DNA of 64,000 bases from Nitrospirota bacterium (GTDB lineage Bacteria > Nitrospirota > UBA9217): the NCBI GenBank assembly GCA_963737155.1, contig CAVTRN010000002.1, positions 2,560,001 to 2,624,000 of the forward strand, given 5' to 3'. This document shows, one piece after another, positions 40,272 through 50,185 of this stretch. Every line of letters starts with the position of its first letter. Position 1 is the first letter of the stretch. Made by a program: the position numbers and the translations under genes. Below the pieces are notes generated by a model, which saw only the letters and a program-made list of their open reading frames with translations, was not told where the DNA came from and ran no database searches.

Positions 40272-41885
40272 TTAATACGCCCCAATATCGGGAGTAGAAG
40301 GCACTGGATTTCCCGCAAAGTCCTGAGTAAGCCCCACATTCACACCTGCGCTGATGGCGGGAGAGCCAGCAAAGATGTTAAAGTCAGCAGTCGAGTCATA
40401 AAGGCCGTCAGCGTTTACGAATTCAGGATTGGCTATTATATCTCCAGTCCCTAAATTTACAGCCACAAATGATCCTATGTTATATGTTGCCAAATTATAA
40501 GGGCCATTGTTCCACCAAAGATTATAACTTTCAATTGGTATCATTGATCCTAGATTTGAATTGGCTACTATAAAACCGCCTGCACTATTATTCGCATAAA
40601 TATTATTGATCCATATTGAAGCAGGTGGATACCCGTCTCCCAAGGTTGCATCTGTCTCCAAAACTCCATATCCATTGTTAACGATTGTATTGTTGTAAAA
40701 TACATTTCCTGTCGGAATGGAGGTGTCGAAGCTAAATCCTATTTGATTCCCATAGACTATGTTGTCGTATATTTGACTATTTTTTATAGCAACAGCATTT
40801 ATACCTGCTGTTCTGCCACCAAAAGAATTTGCTCCAGTTGCCACATTATAGCGAACAATACATCTTGTCGACGCGAAGGTAGATAGAGTAGACCCAGAGC
40901 CAGCAGTATCTAATTCTATCCCATCACCATCCGGAGCCGATGTATTGACTCCATTTACATAATTATTCTGAACAATAACTCCTTGCATAAAATCTAATTG
41001 CAGACCGTTTACATTAGGTTGTGATGCGCTTCCTAAATTATTACAAATATTCCCCTGGATGTAACTCTGGGCGGAAACGCTTTTAACTCCGGAATTAATA
41101 GAGATAGCACTTCTTGCTATATTGGTGAATGTATTATTAGCGATATTGACGGCATCTACCGACAATGTGGCTGATGTTAAGCTTATTGGTGTGAAAAAAT
41201 ATACCCCGTTGGCTGCCGTATCGTGAATGGTATTACCTGAAATCGTAATGCCTTTGATTGAATCTGAATCCGAACCATTAAAATAAATTGCGCTATCGGC
41301 GCTGTTGGAAATGTTGTTACCCTCGATATAGATATTTTGAATTGATGGGAAAGAAGCCGAATGATTGGGGGTGATGCTAATAGCATAATTCCTGCTCGTT
41401 CCTGTCATCGTTATCGTACTGTTTAATACGTAAATTCCGTTAGTTGAACCATACGTAGTGATAATGTTTATGGTATTGGCACTTGTTGCATTTAAAGTTA
41501 GATTTTCAATAGTGACGTTGCTCTGACTATTCATATCTAATAGAATAGAACCAGCATAACCATTGATAATAGGATTGGCACCCGAACCATATGACCCTAT
41601 AGTAAAAGGGCCGCTTATTACCCATTCGGGGGCGGCGCTAGACATTGTCCAAGTGCAACCGGACCTAAAATAAACTGGGCCTGATGCTGTCGTAGCCATA
41701 TTTGTTGTCAGCCATGGAGTTGTCGGGCTCGTACCATTATTTGAATCGCTACCGATGGTCACGCAGTTATCTACATAGTAGGTTGTACCAGTGCCAAAAT
41801 CCACGTTCGTTCTTTCCCCTCCGCTACCAGTACAGGCAGCCAGCATTACTGCCGACAAGAGAATTAACACTAATGCTCTCGGCAA
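40272..41885 (-). CDS. Lipoprotein with right-handed beta-helix (pectin-lyase-like) repeats
   Basis: Lipobox LAAC, TYYVD, Asn/Ile-rich parallel beta-helix repeats, C-terminal GSPAI.AG...DFAGNP...PDIGAY; visibly AT-rich relative to the flanks. Confidence 0.8.
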   Translation of the reverse strand: MPRALVLILLSAVMLAACTGSGGERTNVDFGTGTTYYVDNCVTIGSDSNNGTSPTTPWLTTNMATTASGPVYFRSGCTWTMSSAAPEWVISGPFTIGSYGSGANPIINGYAGSILLDMNSQSNVTIENLTLNATSANTINIITTYGSTNGIYVLNSTITMTGTSRNYAISITPNHSASFPSIQNIYIEGNNISNSADSAIYFNGSDSDSIKGITISGNTIHDTAANGVYFFTPISLTSATLSVDAVNIANNTFTNIARSAISINSGVKSVSAQSYIQGNICNNLGSASQPNVNGLQLDFMQGVIVQNNYVNGVNTSAPDGDGIELDTAGSGSTLSTFASTRCIVRYNVATGANSFGGRTAGINAVAIKNSQIYDNIVYGNQIGFSFDTSIPTGNVFYNNTIVNNGYGVLETDATLGDGYPPASIWINNIYANNSAGGFIVANSNLGSMIPIESYNLWWNNGPYNLATYNIGSFVAVNLGTGDIIANPEFVNADGLYDSTADFNIFAGSPAISAGVNVGLTQDFAGNPVPSTPDIGAY

Positions 41886-42302
41886 TTTATTCGTAATATG
41901 TCTCCTTTTGCGTAATTACAGTGTGTTTGTTATCAAAGCGTGGAGTGAAAAAAGCAATATGTGAAGTCTTCAATTTCAGAAGAAAAAACTGTCGCGAGTT
42001 TCAGGAAGAACTATTTGACTAAACAATTTTATCACAAGGACATATGCCATGCAGTATTTATTTGGCAGTAGCTGCAGTTGGAATATGCGCTAAATCCCGA
42101 AAAATTTCAAGTCGCGCCAACCCGGTAATAAATAATCCGACGCACGACTAAAGGCATCATGGGGCGGCATTACTCAGCTGAATATTGGAGAAAATTGAGG
42201 CTATGAAGAGAATGGCTGGTGGATCGTTCCATCACCCGCTGGTCGTGCTGAAAAAGAGGTTATAGGGGACATGTTTTAAAAGGAACTACTTGTCCGACAA
42301 TA

Positions 42303-43826
42303 CAGGTTATACTGTTTTTAGTTGAAATTGAAAAGAGTGGCTTCCCCGTGGCATAATCCACGGTAGAGAGAGAAAAAAGAAAGGAGCCACTCAATGAAGG
42401 ATACCACAAGGAAGAGAAAAAAGGCAATACGAGGAATTGAAGAGGCATACGGAAGGCGGGAGATCATCGAACAGATGTATTGTGTCTTCGCAAAAGGGAA
42501 ACAGGGTTTTGATGAATGCATGAAGGAAATGGGCAGAATGATGGCAGAGACGATCATGTACATCGAGCGGGAGGAGATTGCCGGCCCCGACTACCAGCCT
42601 AACAGTCCCGATCTGCGGAAGTGGGCTAGCCAGGGCGGTTCCGTCTATATCGGCGATCAGAAGATCCCGGTGACCCACCCTCGGCTTCGAGGTCCGGCGG
42701 GTGAGATTGTACTGCAGAGCTATCAGAAGATGAAAAAACCGGAAGTCTTCGCAGAAGAATTGCTTGGAAAGGTGCTTCGGGGCATATCATGCCGGAAGTA
42801 TGCGGAGACAGTTGTAGATACGGCACGAGCATTTGGAGTGTCCGCCAGCACGGTATCGAGCCATATCGTCGCGGCAACAGCAAAACAGCTTCAGGAGTTT
42901 AAGGAACGGTCACTCACGTCATTCGTTCCCTTTGCGGTCTTTTTAGACACTGTTCACCGCGGCGGAGAGGCATTCATCGTGGCGCTGGGGCTTGATATTG
43001 CCGGAAAGAAGCAGACATTGGGGTTCTGGCAGGGGGCGACGGAGAACCATGAACTGTGTGAAGAGCTGTTTTCTGATATAGAGCGGCGGGGTCTGATACT
43101 TTCACGACGAATCATCTGGGTTACCGATGGCGGCAAGGGCGTAATCAAGGCACTCCGGGATCGCTTCGGTAAGAAACTCATCCATCAGCGGTGCACGATC
43201 CACAAGGACCGGAATATACAGCATCATTTGCCGAAGAAATACCGGAAAGGCGCACACTGGAGGTTCCGGACAGCCCTGGAGCAGAATAATTACGCGGACG
43301 CTCGTCAGATGCTTCTGGACATGGAGAAATGGCTTCGGGGCATTAATGAGTCGGCGGCTGATTCGCTCATGGAAGCGATAGAAGACATTCTCACCCTTCA
43401 TCGATTGAAGGTCCCCGCTCTCTTGAGGAAGACGTTGCATTCTACCAATCCTATCGAGAGCATGTTTTCCACGGTGAGAAAAGCAGAAGGCAATATAAAG
43501 CGCTACCGCGACAGCAAGATGATGCAGCGCTGGCTCGCTTCTGTCCTCTTATATGCTGAACAAGGATTCAGAAAGATCAAGGGCCACGCCTTCATCGCGG
43601 ACGTGATGAAACGGATCGAAGCGGAAGAATTAAATGACCTAACAGTCAAAGAGGCTGCGTAAAGGGGGATGGTTAGGTATGGCTCGGCCTCAGAAAACTC
43701 ACATATGGCGATCCTACGAATCCGATTTTATAAACAGCGATGATTTACACCGTTGAACCGATAAAAATACTTTAGCCGAAGGGAACGGGCCACTCAGATA
43801 ATTTCAACTAAAAGCTTGACCTCGTC
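42303..43826 (+). mobile_element. IS256-family element
   Basis: Imperfect inverted repeats sharing TTTTAGTTGAAATT; 9-bp direct repeat CCGACAATA at 42294-42302 and 43827-43835. Confidence 0.82.
42394..43662 (+). CDS. IS256 (mutator-family) DDE transposase
   Basis: VFLDTV, VTDGGKG, QRCTIHKDRN and STNPIES motifs; reading frame intact. Confidence 0.93.
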   Translation: MKDTTRKRKKAIRGIEEAYGRREIIEQMYCVFAKGKQGFDECMKEMGRMMAETIMYIEREEIAGPDYQPNSPDLRKWASQGGSVYIGDQKIPVTHPRLRGPAGEIVLQSYQKMKKPEVFAEELLGKVLRGISCRKYAETVVDTARAFGVSASTVSSHIVAATAKQLQEFKERSLTSFVPFAVFLDTVHRGGEAFIVALGLDIAGKKQTLGFWQGATENHELCEELFSDIERRGLILSRRIIWVTDGGKGVIKALRDRFGKKLIHQRCTIHKDRNIQHHLPKKYRKGAHWRFRTALEQNNYADARQMLLDMEKWLRGINESAADSLMEAIEDILTLHRLKVPALLRKTLHSTNPIESMFSTVRKAEGNIKRYRDSKMMQRWLASVLLYAEQGFRKIKGHAFIADVMKRIEAEELNDLTVKEAA

Positions 43827-44079
43827 CCGACAATATCATGGCGCTCCTTCTATCCTCATCAATGGCACGACCGGCAGAACATGCACTCGAAGGACGCTCA
43901 GAAAAAGAAATAGCCCCTAGTTGCCCCCCAGAGGCCAAGACTGTGTTACCTCCTGTGTCAGTAGAGAAGTTCATAGGCGTTTATTTACGTCATTAGATCC
44001 CCTTTACTTACTTCCTTTTCGGGAACTATGTCCTTGAAAAGGGGGGAATATACAAAAAAGCCCTATTTAGCGGCCTCTT

Positions 44080-44144
44080 CTGGCAGTCTTGGGTGTCAAG
44101 GGTTCGATTCTCTTTTGGAACCACCAAGTTTTCAAAGGGTTGGT
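44080..44144 (+). repeat. Degenerate direct repeat of the tRNA-Ala 3' half and downstream bases (att site)
   Basis: CTGGCAGTCTTGGGTGTCAAGGGTTCGATT...CCACCAAGTTTTCAAAGGGTTGGT matches 39737-39799 and begins exactly at the anticodon loop. Confidence 0.8.
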
Positions 44145-44422
44145 GATAATCGCGGCGCTAACATTAAGTTGTGTTACTTTGCATCAATGGAATTTTTGCA
44201 ATATTATTATAGGGAAAATAGGCGGGATGGATTTCACTCTACAAGCGCATAACTTTTTTATTAATATTTATATTTATTGCTATGTTAGCTCGATTTGACA
44301 GAATGCAAACATAGCAATATACTTTAAAAAGAGGGGTTATTAAGAAAGCGAGAAAAAGAGGGCAGAAGTAAGTTCGAAGGTGTAGATATAATAAAAGCTA
44401 ACATTGAGAGGGAGGGATTTTT

Positions 44423-44938
44423 ATGAAAAGCCTGACGGGTTGGGATCCACTCCGGACGATGATGAGGTGGGATCCACTTGAAGAGCTTCGGTCAATGCAG
44501 CACGAAATGGACAGGCTGTTTGACCGGTTCCTTGGGAAAGGTGTCTCGAGTGAACATACAATGCTCTGGATGCCTTTAGTAGAAAGTTATACAAAAGAAA
44601 ACCAACTGGTGTTCAAGACGGAACTACCGGGTGTGGACCCGAAAGATGTGGATGTTAGCGTCACCGACCGTGAGTTGGTCATCAAGGGTGAACGGAAGGC
44701 CGAAAAAAACGCAAAGGAAGAGAATTACATCTATCGGGAGATCAACTATGGCTCTTTCGAGCGGCGTTTGGTCCTGCCCGAGGGTGCAAAAATAGACGAA
44801 CTGAAGGCAAAATTTTCGAACGGTATCCTCGAAATCACTTTGCCTGCACCAGCAATTGCCAAGACTCGGAAGATTGAGATCGAGGCTCTGAAGGAAGAGA
44901 AAAAACAGATTGAGACTGGAGCAAAGAAGGCCGCATGA
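44423..44938 (+). CDS. Hsp20/alpha-crystallin small heat-shock protein
   Basis: WDPLEEL..MQ.EMDRLF, ELPGVD, YGSFER and AKFSNGILEITLP motifs. Confidence 0.95.
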   Translation: MKSLTGWDPLRTMMRWDPLEELRSMQHEMDRLFDRFLGKGVSSEHTMLWMPLVESYTKENQLVFKTELPGVDPKDVDVSVTDRELVIKGERKAEKNAKEENYIYREINYGSFERRLVLPEGAKIDELKAKFSNGILEITLPAPAIAKTRKIEIEALKEEKKQIETGAKKAA

Positions 44939-44990
44939 CAGTAAAGTTCCAGAACAAGCTGTTGTGAACGGCGAACTCTCAAGTTTGAAT

Positions 44991-45027
44991 AACTATCCTG
45001 CAAGTGTTTTAAGAGGATAGTTTTTTT
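44991..45027 (+). terminator. Probable terminator after hsp20
   Basis: AACTATCCT...AGGATAGTT inverted repeat followed by a T run. Confidence 0.5.
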
Positions 45028-45124
45028 AAGAATAAACTTAACGCAATGAACATGCCTTCCTGTGGAAATTGAAAAGGCCATATCTTGATCTGCCCTCCTG
45101 CTCGAGCAGTTCACGTGAATAGAA

Positions 45125-45478
45125 GTGAGTGAAACGATGAAGATCGATTCTTATGCCTTCGGCAGAATCGTCATCAACGGGAAGACTTATACCTCGGACG
45201 TCATCATTTATCCCAACAGGGTTGACGCCACGTGGTGGCGAAAGGAGGGACATTTTTTTCAACTTATAGATGTGGAAGATGCGCTGCAAGAGAGGCCAGA
45301 AGTGTTTGTCATCGGCACAGGCTATGCCGGCATCATGCGCGTTCCCAGAGAAACCATTGACCGGATCGAGGCACAAGGAATCGAGGTGAAAGTAGAACGG
45401 ACATCAAATGCAGTTAGGGTGTACAATGATTTCCAGGGCACTAGGACCGTGATCGCAGCCCTTCATATCACGTGCTGA
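45125..45478 (+). CDS. Mth938-like (DUF498) protein
   Basis: IDSYAFGRIVINGKTYTSDVII, VIGTG and AALHITC motifs. Confidence 0.9.
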   Translation: MSETMKIDSYAFGRIVINGKTYTSDVIIYPNRVDATWWRKEGHFFQLIDVEDALQERPEVFVIGTGYAGIMRVPRETIDRIEAQGIEVKVERTSNAVRVYNDFQGTRTVIAALHITC

Positions 45479-45519
45479 ATAATGTCAAATATAAAACTCC
45501 CAAACCAATGATGTTATCT

Positions 45520-45870
45520 TTTTTAAGGAAACCCTAACTTCATCTTTGCAGAACTGCTCCAGTGCTACTGCCAGGACTTCAGCAAATATCTGGGGTAATG
45601 ACGTCGTTACCGGCGAGGTCTCTGGATTCTTCGAGTGATTCATCCTTGAAGATCAAAAAATCCGTAAAAACACATGCTCAAACCTCAGGACGTTACCTTA
45701 AAGAGCTGCTACCAGGCCTGCAAGCTGATTTTGCGCAGATCACTGTGGGTCAAATTCATTTTGTTGTCGATTTCTATGCAGACCAAATATTCTATACATA
45801 ACCCATCCAGCAGTTTCTTTTTTTCCTCAAAGTGATGAAGAATTGGTGTCGCTTCGGGATTAAGTGTGGG
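45520..45870 (-). pseudogene. Type I restriction-modification HsdM C-terminal relic
   Basis: Broken frames give DFLIFKDESLEESRDL..DVIT.DI and E.LAVALEQF, resembling the HsdM tail LDIFWLKDESLE...DVIAQEI.EDL.AALEQF. Confidence 0.45.
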
Positions 45871-46017
45871 AATCCCCAATTAAGTTGATATAGGCTGCTT
45901 TCGCATTGAAAGGGATAATTCCCCGATCATGCAAGGCTTTCCACTAACTTTTCGCGACTTCAACAAGTTTAATTTTCCCATCTTGCACTTTTTTTCAATG
46001 TTCTCTATACTGTTTTC

Positions 46018-47505
46018 ATGGCCTTGACAAATACAAACAACAAACAACACCGTCCCCTTCTGCAAAGAATCGCCCACCAAGCAATGATCGAACGAGGGCT
46101 TCTCCCGGACTTCTCGCCCCAGGCGCTTGCCGAACTCAATGGGATTCGTGGACCTGCGACGGAAACGTATAATAAAATGCACGATCTGCGGCAATTGCCT
46201 TGGTGTTCCATTGACAACGACGACTCTCGCGATCTGGACCAGTTGACCGTTGCAGAGGTCATGTCTGACGAGAGTGTAAAAGTCCTGGTTGCAGTCGCTG
46301 ATGTCGATGCTCTGGTCAAAAAGAACTCGGCCATCGACGAGCACGCTAGCAGAAATACCACGTCGGTATATACTGTTGCAAAGATCTTTCCAATGCTTCC
46401 GGAAAAGCTTTCGACGGACCTAACTTCCCTCAACTACGCGTCAGAACGATATGCACTGGTCGTCGAAATGGTTGTAGGCAAAAACGGAACCCTTCTTCAT
46501 TCTGATGTGTATGAAGCGCTAGTCAGTAATCATGCAAAGCTAGCATACAATAGCGTTGCCACCTGGCTTGAGGGCATTAGTCCTATCCCAAAGGAGATTA
46601 GCGCAGTTGCCGGCCTTGACGAGAACATTAGGATCCAGGACCGGCTTGCCCAACGGCTGAAGACACTCCGGCACGAACACGGCGCGCTGACTCTTGAGAC
46701 CGTGGAAGCCAGGCCGGTGTTCGATGCCGATGAACTCAAGGACCTTAAGGTTGAGCAAAAGAACAGGGCCAAAGATATAATCGAGGACCTCATGATCGCG
46801 GCAAACGGCGTAACAGCTCGCTACCTCTCCGCGAGGGGTCTACCATCGTTCCGTCGCGTGGTGCGCACTCCCAAGCGGTGGGATCGTATCAGAGACTTAG
46901 CCATGGACCACGGTCAAATACTTCCAATGGAGCCCGATGCAAAAGCATTGGAAACCTTTCTCATTAAAGCGCGCGCTGTCGATCCGCTAAGGTTCCCCGA
47001 TCTTTCCCTTGCAATTATCAAGCTGCTCGGTGCGGGTGAATATGCCCTCCAAGTGCCGGGAGACGTTTCAAGCGGCCACTTCAGTCTTGCAATCCCGGAT
47101 TATTCCCACACCACTGCCCCGAACCGCCGCTATCCCGACCTGATTACTCAGCGCTTGCTGAAGGCAGCAATCGCTGGGCACCCCATGCCCTACGAGAACG
47201 GGGAGCTGTCAACACTGGCAACGCACTGCACGGAAAAAGAAAATGATGCAAAGAAGGTAGAACGGAGAGTCAGAAAATCTGCTGCAGCAATGTTTCTTGA
47301 ACAACGAATCGGCGAGCAGTTCGAGGCAATCGTTACAGGTGCGGCGGAAAAAGGCACTTGGGTCCGACTTCCACAGCCTCCCATTGAAGGAAAACTTACG
47401 AGCGGTTTTGAAGGAGTCGATGTAGGCCAGAGGATCCGAGTCCAACTTGTAAGAACGGACGTAGAACACGGCTATATCGACTTCAAAAGGGTTGAATACT
47501 TTTAA
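46018..47505 (+). CDS. RNB-domain (RNase II/R family) ribonuclease, short form
   Basis: SIDNDDSRDLDQ, IEDLMIAAN, YSHTTAPNRRYPDL and a C-terminal S1 domain; the last codons lie within the IS607 left end. Confidence 0.92.
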   Translation: MALTNTNNKQHRPLLQRIAHQAMIERGLLPDFSPQALAELNGIRGPATETYNKMHDLRQLPWCSIDNDDSRDLDQLTVAEVMSDESVKVLVAVADVDALVKKNSAIDEHASRNTTSVYTVAKIFPMLPEKLSTDLTSLNYASERYALVVEMVVGKNGTLLHSDVYEALVSNHAKLAYNSVATWLEGISPIPKEISAVAGLDENIRIQDRLAQRLKTLRHEHGALTLETVEARPVFDADELKDLKVEQKNRAKDIIEDLMIAANGVTARYLSARGLPSFRRVVRTPKRWDRIRDLAMDHGQILPMEPDAKALETFLIKARAVDPLRFPDLSLAIIKLLGAGEYALQVPGDVSSGHFSLAIPDYSHTTAPNRRYPDLITQRLLKAAIAGHPMPYENGELSTLATHCTEKENDAKKVERRVRKSAAAMFLEQRIGEQFEAIVTGAAEKGTWVRLPQPPIEGKLTSGFEGVDVGQRIRVQLVRTDVEHGYIDFKRVEYF

Positions 47506-49174
47506 CAATTATATTGTATAATATTATTTCTTATGATAAAATGTATCTATAAAACTGAGCGTATGGGCAACGCAACAAGGTATAACCTATCAAGCGGCAT
47601 GGAAATGGTGGAAGGCTGGCAAGCTGCCGGTTGAGGCTGAGCAGATGCCTACCGGAACCATCATTATAAAAGAGCAGAAAACTGCCCAAGGTTCTGTTGC
47701 TCTTTATGCCCGGGTATCCTGTCATGACCTGAAAAGCTCGAGCACAAAATAAAATTTGCGAGAAAATGGATTAAAACCAGAGAGAACAGTATCATTGACA
47801 TACGCAAAGACACGGAATTGTCCGAATATGAGAAAACGACCAGCGTGAAGTCTCTCCGTTTTGCGGTCCACAACAAAAAACGGAAGCTCCATTCATCGGA
47901 GCAGAAACTGGAAAAGCTAAAGTACGATTTGGACAAAGGACGAATCAGGATTTGCTTTGGGACAAAGAAACTTTTCCACAAGCAGTTTAACCTTTCTGAA
48001 AACGATTATAAATCCCACAATAACTGGCTGTCTGCCTGGAAGGCTGCCCGAAGCTCTTCATCGTTTTGTCTGGGATCGAAGGATGAAACGGCCGGCAACC
48101 AGACCTGCACGCTTGGCGTCGACGGGTCGCTCAGGATACGGGTCCCAAACTATCTTGTCAAAAAATACGGTAAACACATCATGGTGCCTACCGTAACATA
48201 TCCTTACGGGCAGGAATATATTGAGCAGGCACTCCTGCGCGGCCAGGCAATCACCCACCGGTTTGTCCGTGGCGAGAAGGGTTGGTATCTGTATTCTTCA
48301 GTTGATATTCCCCAAAGAGAAACAATTACCGGGAAACCGCAAGAAATCGGATGTATTGGCGTAGATGCAAACGAAAAAGAGATTGCTGTTTCCGAGACTG
48401 ACCGGTTCGGCAATCTTGTCTGGTACACAACGTATGCTGCATGTATAAAAGACAGAACCACGGAACAGACCGAGGCAACTTACGGTGATATCTGCGTCGG
48501 CATTATCGACCGGTCAATTAAAACAGGGAAACCCGTCGCTCATGAAACTCTTGACTTCGAAAAGAAGAAAGCATCTCTTAAGGAACAGGGAGTAACGTAT
48601 GCGCGGATGCTGTCCGGGTTCGCCTATTCCACCTTTTTAAACATGCTTGACCGCAGAGCATTTAAGGCAGGCGCCGGTGTGCTCTCCGTGAATCCTGCTT
48701 ACACATCCGTTATCGGCAGAAACAATTATATGTCTTTTCATGGCATCTCGCCGCATGAAGCAGCGGCGCTTGCGATCGCGAGAAGAGTTCAAGGATATTC
48801 CGAGTCTCCCATACCAAGCAGAACCGCCTCCCCTCTACCTGCAAGGAATCGAGAGGAGCACATCTGGAAGTTTTGGAGCAAGATGAAGACTCGGGGAGGT
48901 TGTGGAAATCATCACAGTCTCTACCAACGACGGTCCTTACAGGACTCCCCAGGCTGCGCTGAATTGCAGAAGAAGCCATCATCCCGTCGACAGCGCAATT
49001 CTCCGGGCCACCTGCCAGCAGCAGTCTTGCTGAAAAGGCGCCAGAAGCAATCCCGATCAGCAAACAACGGGACTTGGGCGAATCAGGGCGGGAATCCCTG
49101 ACGTTAACCGGCAGCAGCACTGTTCGGCTGCCGTCATAGTTATGAGAAATAAAATACTATGGTTTTAGGAACGG
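47490..49174 (+). mobile_element. IS607-family element, internally deleted copy B
   Basis: Colinear with copy A but lacks about 690 bp (copy A ~32469-33163); tnpA start codon changed from ATG to ATA at 47549; both ends are retained. Confidence 0.9.
47818..49101 (+). pseudogene. tnpB: 5'-truncated tnpB with the RuvC region still in frame
   Basis: 427-aa frame nearly identical to the C-terminal three quarters of 32845-34533. Confidence 0.82.
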
Positions 49175-49317
49175 TCGGAGAAGGAAAGTCATACCTGCGG
49201 GGAAGAAGCATCACAATATTGTGTAGGATTGCCCGGGGTCTCTTGCGGCGACGAATTGACGAACGCGGAAACATATTTTTTTTAATTTGTGATCAACTTA
49301 TGTACGAAATCATCCGA

Positions 49318-49410
49318 TTGAAAACAGCCTTGACAAGGCCGCCGTGCTCTGTATAATGCTTCTCAACGGCTTCCTCCGAAGCTTGCTGCTGAGAACTCAC
49401 AGGGATCGGG
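49318..49410 (+). promoter_or_regulatory. Promoter plus hairpin module, copy 1
   Basis: TTGACA(49330)-16 nt-TATAAT(49352), followed by TTCTCA...GCTTC-CTCC-GAAGC...TGAGAA. Confidence 0.7.
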
Positions 49411-49446
49411 AAACGGTTAAGTGAAAACACGCTCTGGAGAATATAG

Positions 49447-49980
49447 ATGAATAAGAGAAACCAGTTGTACTTACTTGCAGTACTATTTATCTCCGCCATA
49501 GGAGTAACGACATTTGCTGCAGATACATCGGCTGTTTACAAAAACGTTGATAAGGGTTTTTCACTGAGGCTCCCCAATACGTGGGAAGTAAAAGAGGGTG
49601 TGGGAGGCATGGACCTTATTGCCTCATCTCCTATGCAGGAGAAGTCCGGTGGCCAGTTTCGTCCGACAGTATCTGTAGTCTGCGAAATTTTGCAACAGAA
49701 GCAACCGATTAACGAATATGCACAAAAACGTATTACAAAGTTTCGCGATTCGATGAAGGACTTACAGTTTTTAAGAACGGGCCATCAAATCATAAGCCAT
49801 ACAAATGCAAGATGGTGGATTATTTCCTACAGTGAAAAGACGGTAGCTTTCAAAGGGTTTCTTTTCATAGTAATCAAGGGTAATAAAGCCTTTACCATAA
49901 CATGCATTGCGGCTCTCAATCAATACCCGGCATATAAGGATACCCTTGGGGATATCGCGAGCAGTTTGGTTGTCGATTAG
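49447..49980 (+). CDS. Exported PsbP/DUF1795 (DcrB)-like protein
   Basis: Signal peptide; GFSLRLPNTW, FRPTVSV and KGNKAFTITC pattern. Confidence 0.7.
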   Translation: MNKRNQLYLLAVLFISAIGVTTFAADTSAVYKNVDKGFSLRLPNTWEVKEGVGGMDLIASSPMQEKSGGQFRPTVSVVCEILQQKQPINEYAQKRITKFRDSMKDLQFLRTGHQIISHTNARWWIISYSEKTVAFKGFLFIVIKGNKAFTITCIAALNQYPAYKDTLGDIASSLVVD

Positions 49981-50083
49981 CCGATAGGAAGCTATGAGAC
50001 TGGCTCGCATTCTCCTGCGCCCCGTTCCGCCCCCCGCTGTATCTTTTTGCACATAGTTTTCGCAGAACGGCCTTGGCTTCACG

Positions 50084-50176
50084 TTGAAAACAAAATTGAC
50101 AAGGCCGCCCGGCTCTGTATAAAGCTTTTCATCAGTTTCCTCTGAAACTTGATCTGAGAACTCACAGTGATTGAGG
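50084..50176 (+). promoter_or_regulatory. Promoter plus hairpin module, copy 2
   Basis: TTGACA(50096)-16 nt-TATAAA(50118), followed by TTTTCA...GTTTC-CTCT-GAAAC...TGAGAA; colinear with 49318-49410. Confidence 0.7.
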
Positions 50177-50185
50177 ACCGGTCTC

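Noticed and set aside
46200-46245. RNB motif ending DLDQ instead of DxDD as a sign of an inactive nuclease
   Set aside because: The first three acidic residues are retained and I recall this variant in short RNB proteins, so it is not enough to claim inactivity.
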